Source: a virus
Taxonomy: Duplodnaviria; Caudoviricetes
DNA length: 64,000 nt
Direction: 5' to 3' (one strand)
Virus record (IMG/VR): IMGVR_UViG_3300014205_000213
Coordinates: 1-64,000 of that record
Every line of letters begins with the position of its first letter. Position 1 is the stretch's first letter. The notes beneath the pieces were generated by a model, which saw nothing but the letters and a program-made list of their open reading frames with translations, ran no database searches and was not told where the DNA came from. This document shows positions 1 through 9,225 of the stretch, piece after piece. Both the position numbers and the translations under genes were made by a program.

Positions 1-81
1 GAGGATGATGATGACGACGAAGATATGCCTAAACGTAAATCCAAATCAAAGCCTGTCACAAAAGGTAAAAGAAAACGTTAA
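1..81 (+). CDS. 3' end of an upstream gene, acidic then basic tail (partial)
   Basis: Reads EDDDDDEDMPKRKSKSKPVTKGKRKR-stop; truncated by the window edge. Confidence 0.6.
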   Translation, partial: EDDDDDEDMPKRKSKSKPVTKGKRKR

Positions 82-91
82 TTAAATTGAT

Positions 92-445
92 ATGCCAATA
101 TTAGGAATCAATAGTAAACGAAAAGGGTATAGATTTGTGGGGGTAACCGTTCCCCCACAAATTCATAATTACCTAACACTCTATACAACGGCACAGGGGA
201 TTTCAAAATCTAGCCTATATCAACATCTTATTGAAAATTGGCATATGGAAATGTCCGTACAGGTATCAGAGAAAGAGTGCATACAACGACTTATCCTTCG
301 TATTAATCATGAATGGAGGAGCAAAAAGAAAACCCATTCAAGAGCCAGTTTCAACGAATTCAAAACAAGATTAGAAAAGGAACTACTCAAAAAAGGGTTA
401 CAGCCAAATCAAATTGCAACAATATTAACTAAAATAAAAGGTTAA
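92..445 (+). CDS. ribbon-helix-helix-like DNA-binding protein
   Basis: FVGVTVPPQIHNYLTLYTTAQGISKSSLYQHLIENW has the strand-helix-G-helix pattern of CopG/Arc/MetJ; stop overlaps the recA start. Confidence 0.55.
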   Translation: MPILGINSKRKGYRFVGVTVPPQIHNYLTLYTTAQGISKSSLYQHLIENWHMEMSVQVSEKECIQRLILRINHEWRSKKKTHSRASFNEFKTRLEKELLKKGLQPNQIATILTKIKG

Positions 446-1506
446 TGAAAAGAACTATAAAAACACAATCACTTAGCCAACAAGTTAAACATAAAGTGGC
501 AGGTGGAGGTATGGAAAAATATAAGGAGTATGAAGGACATTTCACAGGAAATAATATTAGTACCGGAAGCACACTACTTGACCTTGCTATATCTGGAGGA
601 CGAGTTCGTGGAGGAGGTTTACCAGCTGGTATATTGGTAGAGATATTTGGTCCAAATGGCAGTGGTAAAACTGTTTTGTTAAGTGAGATCGGTGGAGATA
701 TCATTCGTAAAGGAGGGAAGGTTAAATTCAATGATCCTGAGGCACGTTTGAATCCTACATTTGCCAAAATATTTGGATTAGAATTAGAAGAAGGAAATTA
801 TTCCAGACCTGATACAATACCAGAAGTCTTCCAAGCAGCCAGGATCTGGGAACCAAAAGGAAAGCCTGGAGTAATACATGGTATAATGGCAGACTCCCTT
901 GCCGCACTATCCACTGATCAGGAAATGAGCAAAAAGGAAGGAGATAAAATGGGCATGCGACGCCCAAAGGAATTCTCCGAGGAATTAAGAAAGACTTGCC
1001 GATTGTTACCCAAAAAGAATTTACTCATGGTTTGTAGTAATCAAGTGCGAGCGAATATTGGAGCAGGGGAATGGGCACCAAAGTATGATACTCCTGGTGG
1101 TCTCGCAGTAGGATTTTATTCCAGCTTGCGATTACAAACAACCATTACCAAGAAGATTAAAAAGGAAAAAAAGTTTCACGGAAAAGAAGTGAGCAGAATA
1201 ATAGGAGTGGAAGTTGATGTTCATGTATTTAAAAACTCAATTTGGAAACCCTTCCGATCTGCTCCACTAACAATCATATTTGACTATGGTATTGATGACA
1301 TTCGGCAAAATATTCAATTCCTTAAAAAGTACTCCAACAAAAATATATACATGTTAGGTACAGAAAAACTTGGTAAGAGTATTGAGGAGGCAATTGAAAA
1401 GATTGAAGATGAAGGTTGGGAAGAAAAACTTCGTCAAGATGTCATCCTATTATGGAACAAGATTGAATTACAGTTTGACAGTAACCGTAAACCAAAAAGA
1501 AGATGA
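445..1506 (+). CDS. recA: RecA/UvsX-like recombinase
   Basis: STGSTLLDLAISGG, Walker A GPNGSGKT, Walker B IMADSLAAL, CSNQVR, TPGGLAVGFYSSLRL. Confidence 0.93.
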   Translation: MKRTIKTQSLSQQVKHKVAGGGMEKYKEYEGHFTGNNISTGSTLLDLAISGGRVRGGGLPAGILVEIFGPNGSGKTVLLSEIGGDIIRKGGKVKFNDPEARLNPTFAKIFGLELEEGNYSRPDTIPEVFQAARIWEPKGKPGVIHGIMADSLAALSTDQEMSKKEGDKMGMRRPKEFSEELRKTCRLLPKKNLLMVCSNQVRANIGAGEWAPKYDTPGGLAVGFYSSLRLQTTITKKIKKEKKFHGKEVSRIIGVEVDVHVFKNSIWKPFRSAPLTIIFDYGIDDIRQNIQFLKKYSNKNIYMLGTEKLGKSIEEAIEKIEDEGWEEKLRQDVILLWNKIELQFDSNRKPKRR

Positions 1507-1682
1507 AGGCTGTTATTATAATTTTTATCCCTCCAAGAAGTAGTCAGGAGGAAAAAGACTTTTTAGATGAAAACCTAAAAAAGTTGAAAGATAATAAGGT
1601 ACATAAAGGATTTGAGATATTTTATATTGAGGATCCCACCAGGACAAAGGCTGAGGTAGAAGTATTTTTTAAATCAAAATAA
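1503..1682 (+). CDS. hypothetical protein (59 aa, not in ORF track)
   Basis: ATGA overlap with the recA stop; open frame MKAVIIIF...FFKSK. Confidence 0.55.
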   Translation: MKAVIIIFIPPRSSQEEKDFLDENLKKLKDNKVHKGFEIFYIEDPTRTKAEVEVFFKSK

Positions 1683-1685
1683 AAT

Positions 1686-1772
1686 GAAAGGCAGGGAGCG
1701 TTCTTTTAAATTTACAACTTGCGATTTTAATGAGTTGATCGTCTCACATCTTTGCCCTGCCTTTCTTTTTTT
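1686..1772. repeat. 11-bp inverted repeat followed by a T-run
   Basis: GAAAGGCAGGG (1686-1696) and CCCTGCCTTTC (1755-1765), then TTTTTTT. Confidence 0.6.
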
Positions 1773-1792
1773 AAATTTAAAACTATTTAATA

Positions 1793-2086
1793 ATGGACAG
1801 AACATGTGAATTATGTGGACATAGGAATGAAGAGAACTGTAATTCCTGCCCAGATATGGAAAAACCAAAGGTCACCCAAATCAGAGGGACAGCCTACCCA
1901 ATGAACGAGTTCTTTTGGAAGCGAAAGCATCCTCAACATTGGGCAGCACTTCAAAAAATTAAAGAACTTGTTGTGTCAATGACTCAAGGTGAGGTGACGG
2001 CCCACTTTAGATACCCGGAAGCAAAGAAACCAAAAATAATAAACAAGGAAAATGAAAAGGACGAAACACAAGGACAGAATACCTAA
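1793..2086 (+). CDS. hypothetical protein with N-terminal CxxC motifs
   Basis: 97-aa ORF with CELCG and CNSC. Confidence 0.6.
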   Translation: MDRTCELCGHRNEENCNSCPDMEKPKVTQIRGTAYPMNEFFWKRKHPQHWAALQKIKELVVSMTQGEVTAHFRYPEAKKPKIINKENEKDETQGQNT

Positions 2087-2534
2087 GACACTTAAAATAC
2101 TTGCAATAGATCCCGCCACACATTGTGGGTTTGCAGTGAGTCGTAAATTATATGGTGTATGGGATTTAACCCCTAAACGGGACGAAAGTATTGGTATGAG
2201 ATTGATAAGATTTCGTGCTAAGATGAATGAAGTTATAGAGTCTGAAAAAATAAATGTCGTAGTATTTGAACGTCCAGGAGGACAGCATGCCGGGGCTGTT
2301 ATTGTTCAATCAGAGATACAAGGACAAATTAAAGTCATATGTGAAGACCATAATATTGAGTACAGAGCATATTCCAGTCAGGAGATGAAAAAATATGCTA
2401 CTGGAAAAGGGAACTCAGGAAAGCCAGCCATGATTGCTGCAGCAAAGGAAAGGCTGGGATACAAAGGAAATAATGATAATGAAGCAGACGCTTTATGGTT
2501 ATTAGAAATAGCACAAAACGATTACAAAAATTAA
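2052..2534 (+). CDS. ruvC: RuvC-like Holliday junction resolvase
   Basis: LAIDPATHCGFAV, VVFERP, MKKYATGKGNSGK, DNEADALWL match the RuvC acidic catalytic motifs. Confidence 0.85.
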   Translation: MKRTKHKDRIPKTLKILAIDPATHCGFAVSRKLYGVWDLTPKRDESIGMRLIRFRAKMNEVIESEKINVVVFERPGGQHAGAVIVQSEIQGQIKVICEDHNIEYRAYSSQEMKKYATGKGNSGKPAMIAAAKERLGYKGNNDNEADALWLLEIAQNDYKN

Positions 2535-2545
2535 ATCTAATTAAA

Positions 2546-3016
2546 ATGGAAGCAAAAACAATTTGGTTATTAATTTCAGTGGTAATATTCATAGCCTATG
2601 TATTACCAGTTACAATGAAATTTGGAGTACTACAATCAATCTCTCATTCATATAAACATATTACCAACAAAATCTGGTACACCTTGTTTATGTGGGGGAT
2701 TGCGATCCCTCTATTTCCTGTGGTTAGTTACTCGGGATGGTTTTTCTTTGCAGGTGCAGGACTAATATTCTCAGGTATAGCCGTTGGGGGGAATGCAGAC
2801 ATAACTATTAAAGTTCACGTAGCTGGTGCAACGGGTGCGATAGCATGTGGAATAGCCGGCATGGTATTTTCCTTACATGAGTATTGGTTGGCTATTATAA
2901 CCACTGCCCTAATAGGAATACTTTATTTCGCAAAACTCAAGAACCATACATATTGGATTGAGGTAATTGCGTATGCTTCTATTATCTATGCATTATTAAA
3001 AACCAATATATTATAA
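2546..3016 (+). CDS. multi-pass membrane protein
   Basis: Several hydrophobic segments; start moved to the ATG at 2546 to avoid a long overlap. Confidence 0.7.
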   Translation: MEAKTIWLLISVVIFIAYVLPVTMKFGVLQSISHSYKHITNKIWYTLFMWGIAIPLFPVVSYSGWFFFAGAGLIFSGIAVGGNADITIKVHVAGATGAIACGIAGMVFSLHEYWLAIITTALIGILYFAKLKNHTYWIEVIAYASIIYALLKTNIL

Positions 3017-3030
3017 AAATAGAATTAGAA

Positions 3031-3264
3031 ATGACACCACAGGAAAGATATCAAAAAGCCACTGAGATTTTAGATAAATTTGATAATGGAAAAGAACTTA
3101 ATTTACAATCTCCGATGTTTCATCAAGCCGTACAAATGTTGGTTGAAGGAATTGACCCTTACAAAGTAATTGAACAGATTGTTGTGTCTCATGATAGAAT
3201 TCAGCATGCTCTTGAAGATTTTATATTACGAAGCGGAAAACCACAAACATTTTTTATACCATGA
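3031..3264 (+). CDS. hypothetical protein
   Basis: ORF in a tightly packed operon. Confidence 0.65.
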   Translation: MTPQERYQKATEILDKFDNGKELNLQSPMFHQAVQMLVEGIDPYKVIEQIVVSHDRIQHALEDFILRSGKPQTFFIP

Positions 3265-3512
3265 AAATAACAATTAAATCAATCGAAGCGGAAATAATTG
3301 ATACTTCTACTCTATTGGAAGATCAATTCATAATTAATCATTGGATTGTTAAATATGAAGTAAATTTTCCTCCAAGGCAATATACTCACATTGAAGGAAC
3401 TGTTTTACTTGAGTCAGACGATGGAGTCGTGCCTGTACATAAAATCATGAGTTGGTTACATTCTATTTATGATGGTATGGAAAAAAGAATAAACGAAGTG
3501 GTAAGATTATGA
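3261..3512 (+). CDS. hypothetical protein
   Basis: ATGA overlaps at both ends. Confidence 0.65.
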   Translation: MKITIKSIEAEIIDTSTLLEDQFIINHWIVKYEVNFPPRQYTHIEGTVLLESDDGVVPVHKIMSWLHSIYDGMEKRINEVVRL

Positions 3513-4582
3513 TTAAGTCAATTGACATACAAAACTATTTAAGCCATGCCAACAGTCGCCTCGAATTTCATAAAGGAGTTAACGTCATCATTGGAGCGTC
3601 AGACAAAGGAAAGACAGCAGTTATTCGAGCCCTACGATGGGTTGTTCGAAATAAACCCTCCGGTGGATCAATACGATCGTGGTGGGAAGGCAAGACAAAT
3701 GTACGACTGGAAGTAGAGGAGGGGTTTGTTTCTAGGAGTAAAGATAAACAGGATCTCTATATTGTCTCTGCATTCCCAGGGAAGAAGCACACTCTTAAGG
3801 CTTTTGGTACTTCAGTTCCGGAAGAAGTCAGTGGGCTTCTCAATATCGGTGAAGTAAATTTGCAAATGCAATTAGATTCACATTTCCTTTTGAGTAAGAC
3901 ATCTGGCGAAGTCGCTACATATTTTAATAAGGTTGCCAAGTTAGATAAGATAGATATAAGCCAAAAAAATATACGAAGTTGGATACGTATTTTAAAATTT
4001 GAAGGGGAACATACGGATGGAAAGATAAAGGAAAAAACAGAGGAACTCAAAAAGTTTGAACCAATTGATAAAATTGAAACACAACTTGAGGTTGTTGAGG
4101 AAATGGAAAACAGATTAACTCATCTTAAATCTTCCAGGCAAAAATTAGTAAACTTAATAAACCAATATAAGCTAAACAGAATAGAATTTGATAGGAATAA
4201 GCAAATCTTAGTACTGGAAAATTCTGTAGATGATTTGCTCAAGATGTATAAAAGGAAAGAGGAATATGAAATAAAATATTCCAAATTACTTTCTCTTATT
4301 AATCTTATTAGACAGGTAAAGAAAAACATAAGAAAAGTAAATAAGTTAATTTCACTTGAAGAACCTTGTACAAACTTGTTAGAGCTATACAATAAATTAA
4401 ACGAAGTGAAATCCGATAAAATGCACCTCAAAGAGGATATATCTAACCTTAAGTATATACATACATCCTTAAAGGAGGAAAATGAGAAAAAAGCCCGTTT
4501 CCTTTCCTTGTTCAATAAAGAGTTTCCTGATACCTGTCCTTTATGCGGAACAAACATCCCTCATGACCATCATTTAGACTAA
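3509..4582 (+). CDS. sbcC: SbcC/Rad50-like ATPase, N-terminal half
   Basis: IQNYLSH, Walker A GASDKGKT, Q-loop QMQLD, coiled coil, terminal zinc hook CPLCG; no signature or Walker B. Confidence 0.85.
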   Translation: MIKSIDIQNYLSHANSRLEFHKGVNVIIGASDKGKTAVIRALRWVVRNKPSGGSIRSWWEGKTNVRLEVEEGFVSRSKDKQDLYIVSAFPGKKHTLKAFGTSVPEEVSGLLNIGEVNLQMQLDSHFLLSKTSGEVATYFNKVAKLDKIDISQKNIRSWIRILKFEGEHTDGKIKEKTEELKKFEPIDKIETQLEVVEEMENRLTHLKSSRQKLVNLINQYKLNRIEFDRNKQILVLENSVDDLLKMYKRKEEYEIKYSKLLSLINLIRQVKKNIRKVNKLISLEEPCTNLLELYNKLNEVKSDKMHLKEDISNLKYIHTSLKEENEKKARFLSLFNKEFPDTCPLCGTNIPHDHHLD

Positions 4583-4583
4583 T

Positions 4584-5477
4584 ATGAAAAGAACAAGAAG
4601 AAATAAAATAGCCTCTGCAATATTCTGCTCAGATATGCATTTAAGGGAAGATACTCCAGTTTGCCGTACTGATAACTACTCGGAGAGACAATGGATCAAA
4701 GTAGATTTTATTTCAGAACTACAAAAACAATTAGACTGCCCTGTCATTCATGCGGGTGATTTATTTGACCACTGGAAACCAAGTCCTTATTTGTTACGGA
4801 AAGCAATACTACACCTTCCAAATAATTTTTATACCGTGTATGGCCAACACGATTTACCACAACATAATTTAAAGTTAGTCAATAAATGTGGTATAAATGT
4901 ATTAGAAGCTGCAAAAAAATTAACCATACTCCCCACATGTCATTGGGGACAATCCCCAAAAGAAAGTAGTTTATTATTTGCAAGGGAAAGCAGACACGAA
5001 GAAGATAGAAAAGTACTTGTTTGGCATCATCTAACATATATAAGTAAACCATTCCCTGGGGCCACTGGAGGCATGGCACAAGGAATCCTTAGGAAGTATC
5101 CTCAATTTGATTTAATTGTAACTGGAGACAATCACGAATCTTTTGTGGAAGAATATAAAGGACGATTATTGGTAAATACAGGATCTATGATGAGAATGGA
5201 CGCAGATCAAACAAACCATAAACCCTGTGTTTATATTTGGTATGCTGAGGATAATAGTATAGAAGTAAAATATCTTCCATATGAAGAGGGTGTTGTTAGT
5301 CGAGAACACTTAGAACGTAAAAAGCAAAGAGACAAACGTCTTAGTGCTTTTATATCACGTTTGACTGGAAAATATAAAGTGAAAATGAGTTTTGAAGAAA
5401 ACTTACAACAATTTGAAAAAGCGAACAAGGTTGACTCAGAGATAATAAATATTATTTACAAATCCTTAGAATTATGA
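4584..5477 (+). CDS. sbcD: SbcD/Mre11-like metallophosphoesterase nuclease
   Basis: SDMH, AGDLFD, YGQHD, GDNH motifs; lies next to sbcC. Confidence 0.88.
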   Translation: MKRTRRNKIASAIFCSDMHLREDTPVCRTDNYSERQWIKVDFISELQKQLDCPVIHAGDLFDHWKPSPYLLRKAILHLPNNFYTVYGQHDLPQHNLKLVNKCGINVLEAAKKLTILPTCHWGQSPKESSLLFARESRHEEDRKVLVWHHLTYISKPFPGATGGMAQGILRKYPQFDLIVTGDNHESFVEEYKGRLLVNTGSMMRMDADQTNHKPCVYIWYAEDNSIEVKYLPYEEGVVSREHLERKKQRDKRLSAFISRLTGKYKVKMSFEENLQQFEKANKVDSEIINIIYKSLEL

Positions 5478-5707
5478 ATGAATTAATTAAAACCTTAGAA
5501 CGTGCTGTTTGTTCATACAATACAGTACTTAGAAAAAAAGTAAAAGAAATGGATGTTATTGAACTATTGAGAAACGTTCACCCTGCCTTGCGTACTGACT
5601 TCGCATATAACTGTCGAGACACTGGTTTAATACACCCCAGCGAAGTAACTGAATTTATTCAAAAGGAAGAGTCCCATAAACTCAAGAGGAACGCAAAATA
5701 TGTCTAA
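5474..5707 (+). CDS. hypothetical protein
   Basis: Overlapping start and stop with neighbours. Confidence 0.6.
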   Translation: MNELIKTLERAVCSYNTVLRKKVKEMDVIELLRNVHPALRTDFAYNCRDTGLIHPSEVTEFIQKEESHKLKRNAKYV

Positions 5708-5897
5708 ATATCCTACTCCAGTACAAGTATTGGAAGAAAAGTTGAGGGAGCTAAGGAGTGCAAAAACACACTCTTTACTTGCATTTAAAGACAATTTAAT
5801 TAATATTGAAACTCACAATATGCATATAATCAATCTTGATGCAAGAATTAGTATATACAAAAGAGCAATTGAAATATTAACAAACAATAATATTTAG
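5700..5897 (+). CDS. hypothetical protein
   Basis: ORF in operon. Confidence 0.6.
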   Translation: MSKYPTPVQVLEEKLRELRSAKTHSLLAFKDNLINIETHNMHIINLDARISIYKRAIEILTNNNI

Positions 5898-5899
5898 TC

Positions 5900-6151
5900 A
5901 TGTCATTAACAGAAAAGGAACTTCTTGAATTAAAGGAAGATATTAACGATGCCAAAACAAAGGCATCTGAATTAACAGGGCAGGAGCAAGTCCTTTTGAG
6001 ACAATTTAAATTGGACTGGGGATGTAAAACCATTAAGGAAGGAGAGAGTAAACTTGATGAAATTGACAGGAGTCTCTCTTCCTTAGACAAAAAAATTAAA
6101 AAGGTATCAGAAGAATTGGAAGAGCAATTAAATAGTTTGGAGGACGAATAA
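5900..6151 (+). CDS. small coiled-coil protein
   Basis: Heptad-rich L/E/K sequence. Confidence 0.7.
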   Translation: MSLTEKELLELKEDINDAKTKASELTGQEQVLLRQFKLDWGCKTIKEGESKLDEIDRSLSSLDKKIKKVSEELEEQLNSLEDE

Positions 6152-6711
6152 TGGATAGAAGATCGTTTTTTAAAGGAATGTTTGGTGCTGCAGCCATAGC
6201 AGCATTACCCAAACCTGTGTTGGATAAAATGGTAGAAGAGCCAGTTACCCAACCATCCAGGTTACATGAAATTAATGAAGTAGGTAAAGTTGAACGAGGA
6301 TGTCCTTTTGACGAGTCCTTACCTTCATATATAGGAAAAGACGGGTTGGTCTTCTACAAAGGAGATCAATTAGTTGCAACATCTTACACCTTCTCTCTGG
6401 GCATGAAATGTGATTTTGTTGATGTTACTTCCTTGGATAGTCCACATTACCCTAAATGGATTTTAGCAAATAGATCATGGCAGTTAAGTACACAGCGTAT
6501 AAATTGGTTTGCTAATCCAGAAGAAATTCTTTTAACCCAGGAATCTCTAAATTTTATAATGAAAAATAAAGATTGTCAAATGACTGGGGAAGTTATGTTG
6601 TCATGCATGGAAACAAGCCTCCAAATAGGACATCCAAAATACCAAAACTGCATATTTGAGGGATCAGGTAATGTCACAATAGTGGTAGAAAATCATGACA
6701 AAAGAAATTAG
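6151..6711 (+). CDS. Tat-signal protein with a tail-tube-like domain
   Basis: N-terminus MDRRSFFKGMFGAAAIAALP; DFVDVTSLDS resembles DTIDVTSLDS of the tail tube at 21307-21744. Confidence 0.6.
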   Translation: MDRRSFFKGMFGAAAIAALPKPVLDKMVEEPVTQPSRLHEINEVGKVERGCPFDESLPSYIGKDGLVFYKGDQLVATSYTFSLGMKCDFVDVTSLDSPHYPKWILANRSWQLSTQRINWFANPEEILLTQESLNFIMKNKDCQMTGEVMLSCMETSLQIGHPKYQNCIFEGSGNVTIVVENHDKRN

Positions 6712-7315
6712 GAACAGACTGGAACGCATAAAAGGGCAAAGAGATCAGATATCTCAAGATTTGAAAGACCTTAAGGGAAAAAGTGCTTCTTCCAAACGTT
6801 CTTTAATTAAACATATGAAAGCACTTGAGATAGTTAAAATTGTTGGTATTGAAACACAAAAGCAGTTACAGTACCATATCGCAGACATAACCTCACTTGC
6901 TTTGGAAGCCGTCTTTGATGACCCTTACGAATTAGTTGTTGAATTTGTGGAGAGAAGGAACAGATCTGAATGTGATTTATACTTTACAAGAAAAGGAAAC
7001 AAGGTAGATCCTATGGAAGCCGCTGGTGTTGGTGCTGTAGATGTTGCATCATTTGCCCTAAGAATTGCAACACTAAGTATGTCCACTCCACATTTAAGGA
7101 ATGTGGTTATATTGGATGAACCATTTAAGCATTTAAAAGGGGATAATGAAAATCATAGAGTGTTAAATATGATAAACGAAATATCTCGAAGGATGAATTT
7201 ACAAATAATTATGGTTAGTGATGAACGTATTCCTCGAGAGGATATTATTGAAGCGTCGGATAGAGTATTTGAGGTAAAGAAAAGAAAAGGAGTTTCAAAA
7301 GTTGTACAGTTATGA
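6695..7315 (+). CDS. sbcC: SbcC/Rad50-like ATPase, C-terminal half
   Basis: Coiled coil, signature-like AAGVGAVDVASFALR, Walker B/D-loop VILDEPFKHL. Confidence 0.85.
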   Translation: MTKEIRNRLERIKGQRDQISQDLKDLKGKSASSKRSLIKHMKALEIVKIVGIETQKQLQYHIADITSLALEAVFDDPYELVVEFVERRNRSECDLYFTRKGNKVDPMEAAGVGAVDVASFALRIATLSMSTPHLRNVVILDEPFKHLKGDNENHRVLNMINEISRRMNLQIIMVSDERIPREDIIEASDRVFEVKKRKGVSKVVQL

Positions 7316-8469
7316 AAAAAGTAGTATCAACAGAAAAAAGACCAATCAAGTTATGGTTAGATGAAATTGAAGAAGGTGCAATAGAACAAGCAAAGAATCT
7401 TGCCAATCTTCCATTTGCTTATAAGCATATAGCCATTATGCCAGATGCACATCAAGGTTATGGGATGCCTATTGGTGGTGTGCTTGCTACTCAAGGGGTT
7501 ATAATCCCAAATGCGGTAGGTGTGGATATTGGCTGTGGAATGTGTGCTGTAAGAACATCGCTAACAGACATATCAAAAGATGATCTTAAAAAAATTATGG
7601 GTAAGATCAGAGAGGTTGTGCCGGTGGGATTTGCACATCAGAAAATAAAACAATCTTCCGGCAATATGCCTTTCTCTTCATTCGGACAAGTGGTTGCAAA
7701 AGAGTTAGAGTCGGCTCATAAACAACTCGGAACTCTTGGTGGTGGTAATCACTTTATTGAGATTCAAAAAGGATCAGATGGTTATGTATGGATAATGATA
7801 CATTCCGGTTCCCGAAATCTTGGTAAAAAAGTTGCTGACTATTATAATAAAGTAGCTCAAAAATTAAACGAGCGATGGTATTCAGTAGTTAACAAGAAAT
7901 TGGATTTGGCATTTCTTCCAATAGAGATTGATGAAGCAAAGGCTTATAAGTGTGAGATGGATTACTGCGTGGATTTCGCTCTCGCCAACAGAAGGTTAAT
8001 GATGGAAAATATTAAGTGGTGTTTTACAGATATTGTGAGTCGTATTGAATATGACAAAATGATAAATATTGCACACAACTACGCTCGTTGGGAGAATCAT
8101 TTTGGTCATAATGTGATCATTCATCGCAAGGGAGCTACATCTGCAGGGCTTGGTGAGGTAGGAATCGTACCTGGATCACAAGGAACATTATCATATATTG
8201 TTAAAGGCCTTGGCAATCAGGAGTCATTTACTTCATGCTCACATGGTGCAGGAAGAAGGATGGGGCGTAATGAAGCTATGAAAAAACTCGATCTTGAATC
8301 GGAAATAAAACTCATGGACGATCAAGGAATTATTCATGGTATAAGGAACGTGGCTGATTTAGATGAGGCGCCTGGAGCATATAAGGATATTGATGTTGTA
8401 ATGGCTAATCAAGCAGACCTCGTAGAGATTATAGTTGAATTAAAACCGCTTGCAGTTATTAAGGGATAA
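7312..8469 (+). CDS. rtcB: RtcB RNA ligase
   Basis: MPDAHQGYGMPIGG, VGVDIGCG, GTLGGGNHFIE, HNY, HRKGAT, SHGAGR, DEAPGAYK. Confidence 0.96.
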   Translation: MKKVVSTEKRPIKLWLDEIEEGAIEQAKNLANLPFAYKHIAIMPDAHQGYGMPIGGVLATQGVIIPNAVGVDIGCGMCAVRTSLTDISKDDLKKIMGKIREVVPVGFAHQKIKQSSGNMPFSSFGQVVAKELESAHKQLGTLGGGNHFIEIQKGSDGYVWIMIHSGSRNLGKKVADYYNKVAQKLNERWYSVVNKKLDLAFLPIEIDEAKAYKCEMDYCVDFALANRRLMMENIKWCFTDIVSRIEYDKMINIAHNYARWENHFGHNVIIHRKGATSAGLGEVGIVPGSQGTLSYIVKGLGNQESFTSCSHGAGRRMGRNEAMKKLDLESEIKLMDDQGIIHGIRNVADLDEAPGAYKDIDVVMANQADLVEIIVELKPLAVIKG

Positions 8470-8482
8470 AAAATATCTAAGG

Positions 8483-8785
8483 ATGAAATATACCAGTTAT
8501 ATTATTGACGGAGATTTCAATATTGATGGAATAGTAATTGAAAAGCAAGGGATTAAACAAATAACTATTTTAATAGGAATCACTGTTGCCATATTTGGGA
8601 TGGTGATATTAACAGGTTTGCTGCCTATTACTATAACAGCGGATACTATGAGACTAATAAGGCTAAGATATTACCTTATACAAAAGGAAATATATAAGCA
8701 AAGGCAAATCAATAATATGCTTTATTCCTTTAATCTACCCAAACAGGAAAGACTTAGATTGCAAATATTATTAACCAATATGTAA
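8483..8785 (+). CDS. single-pass membrane protein
   Basis: One hydrophobic segment; start moved to the ATG at 8483. Confidence 0.55.
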   Translation: MKYTSYIIDGDFNIDGIVIEKQGIKQITILIGITVAIFGMVILTGLLPITITADTMRLIRLRYYLIQKEIYKQRQINNMLYSFNLPKQERLRLQILLTNM

Positions 8786-8792
8786 TATATTT

Positions 8793-9218
8793 ATGAAAAC
8801 ATTTTTAGTATTCTTATTGCTTTTGATATCTATGTCTGTTACAGGACAAAGATATGCGGTTTATCTAAGTGTTCAACCTGCCGACCTTGGTGTAGGTGTC
8901 AGAGCGGATTTAGGTTATGTTTATGGATCATTCTCCTATGGTAATTGGGGGGTATACAAACAGACTTATATTCATAACCATACCAAAGTTACGGTAGGAG
9001 GCATAATTCCATTGAAGCAAAAAGATGAATGTAGATATGAGATAACAGCAGGAGTCAATTATCATAAAGCAAACTACCCAGACAATATTAGGAGATCTCT
9101 AAAAAGTACTTTGTCTGGAGAAGGTGGATTTGCTGTTTATATACGTGGTATATCCATAGGTGCTCGTACTGATGTAAGGAGATGGGAACCATGTATTGAT
9201 TTTGGATTTAATTTTTAA
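8793..9218 (+). CDS. secreted, probable small outer-membrane beta-barrel protein
   Basis: Signal peptide, alternating aromatic/Gly strands, C-terminal DFGFNF. Confidence 0.6.
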   Translation: MKTFLVFLLLLISMSVTGQRYAVYLSVQPADLGVGVRADLGYVYGSFSYGNWGVYKQTYIHNHTKVTVGGIIPLKQKDECRYEITAGVNYHKANYPDNIRRSLKSTLSGEGGFAVYIRGISIGARTDVRRWEPCIDFGFNF

Positions 9219-9225
9219 AGTCAAT

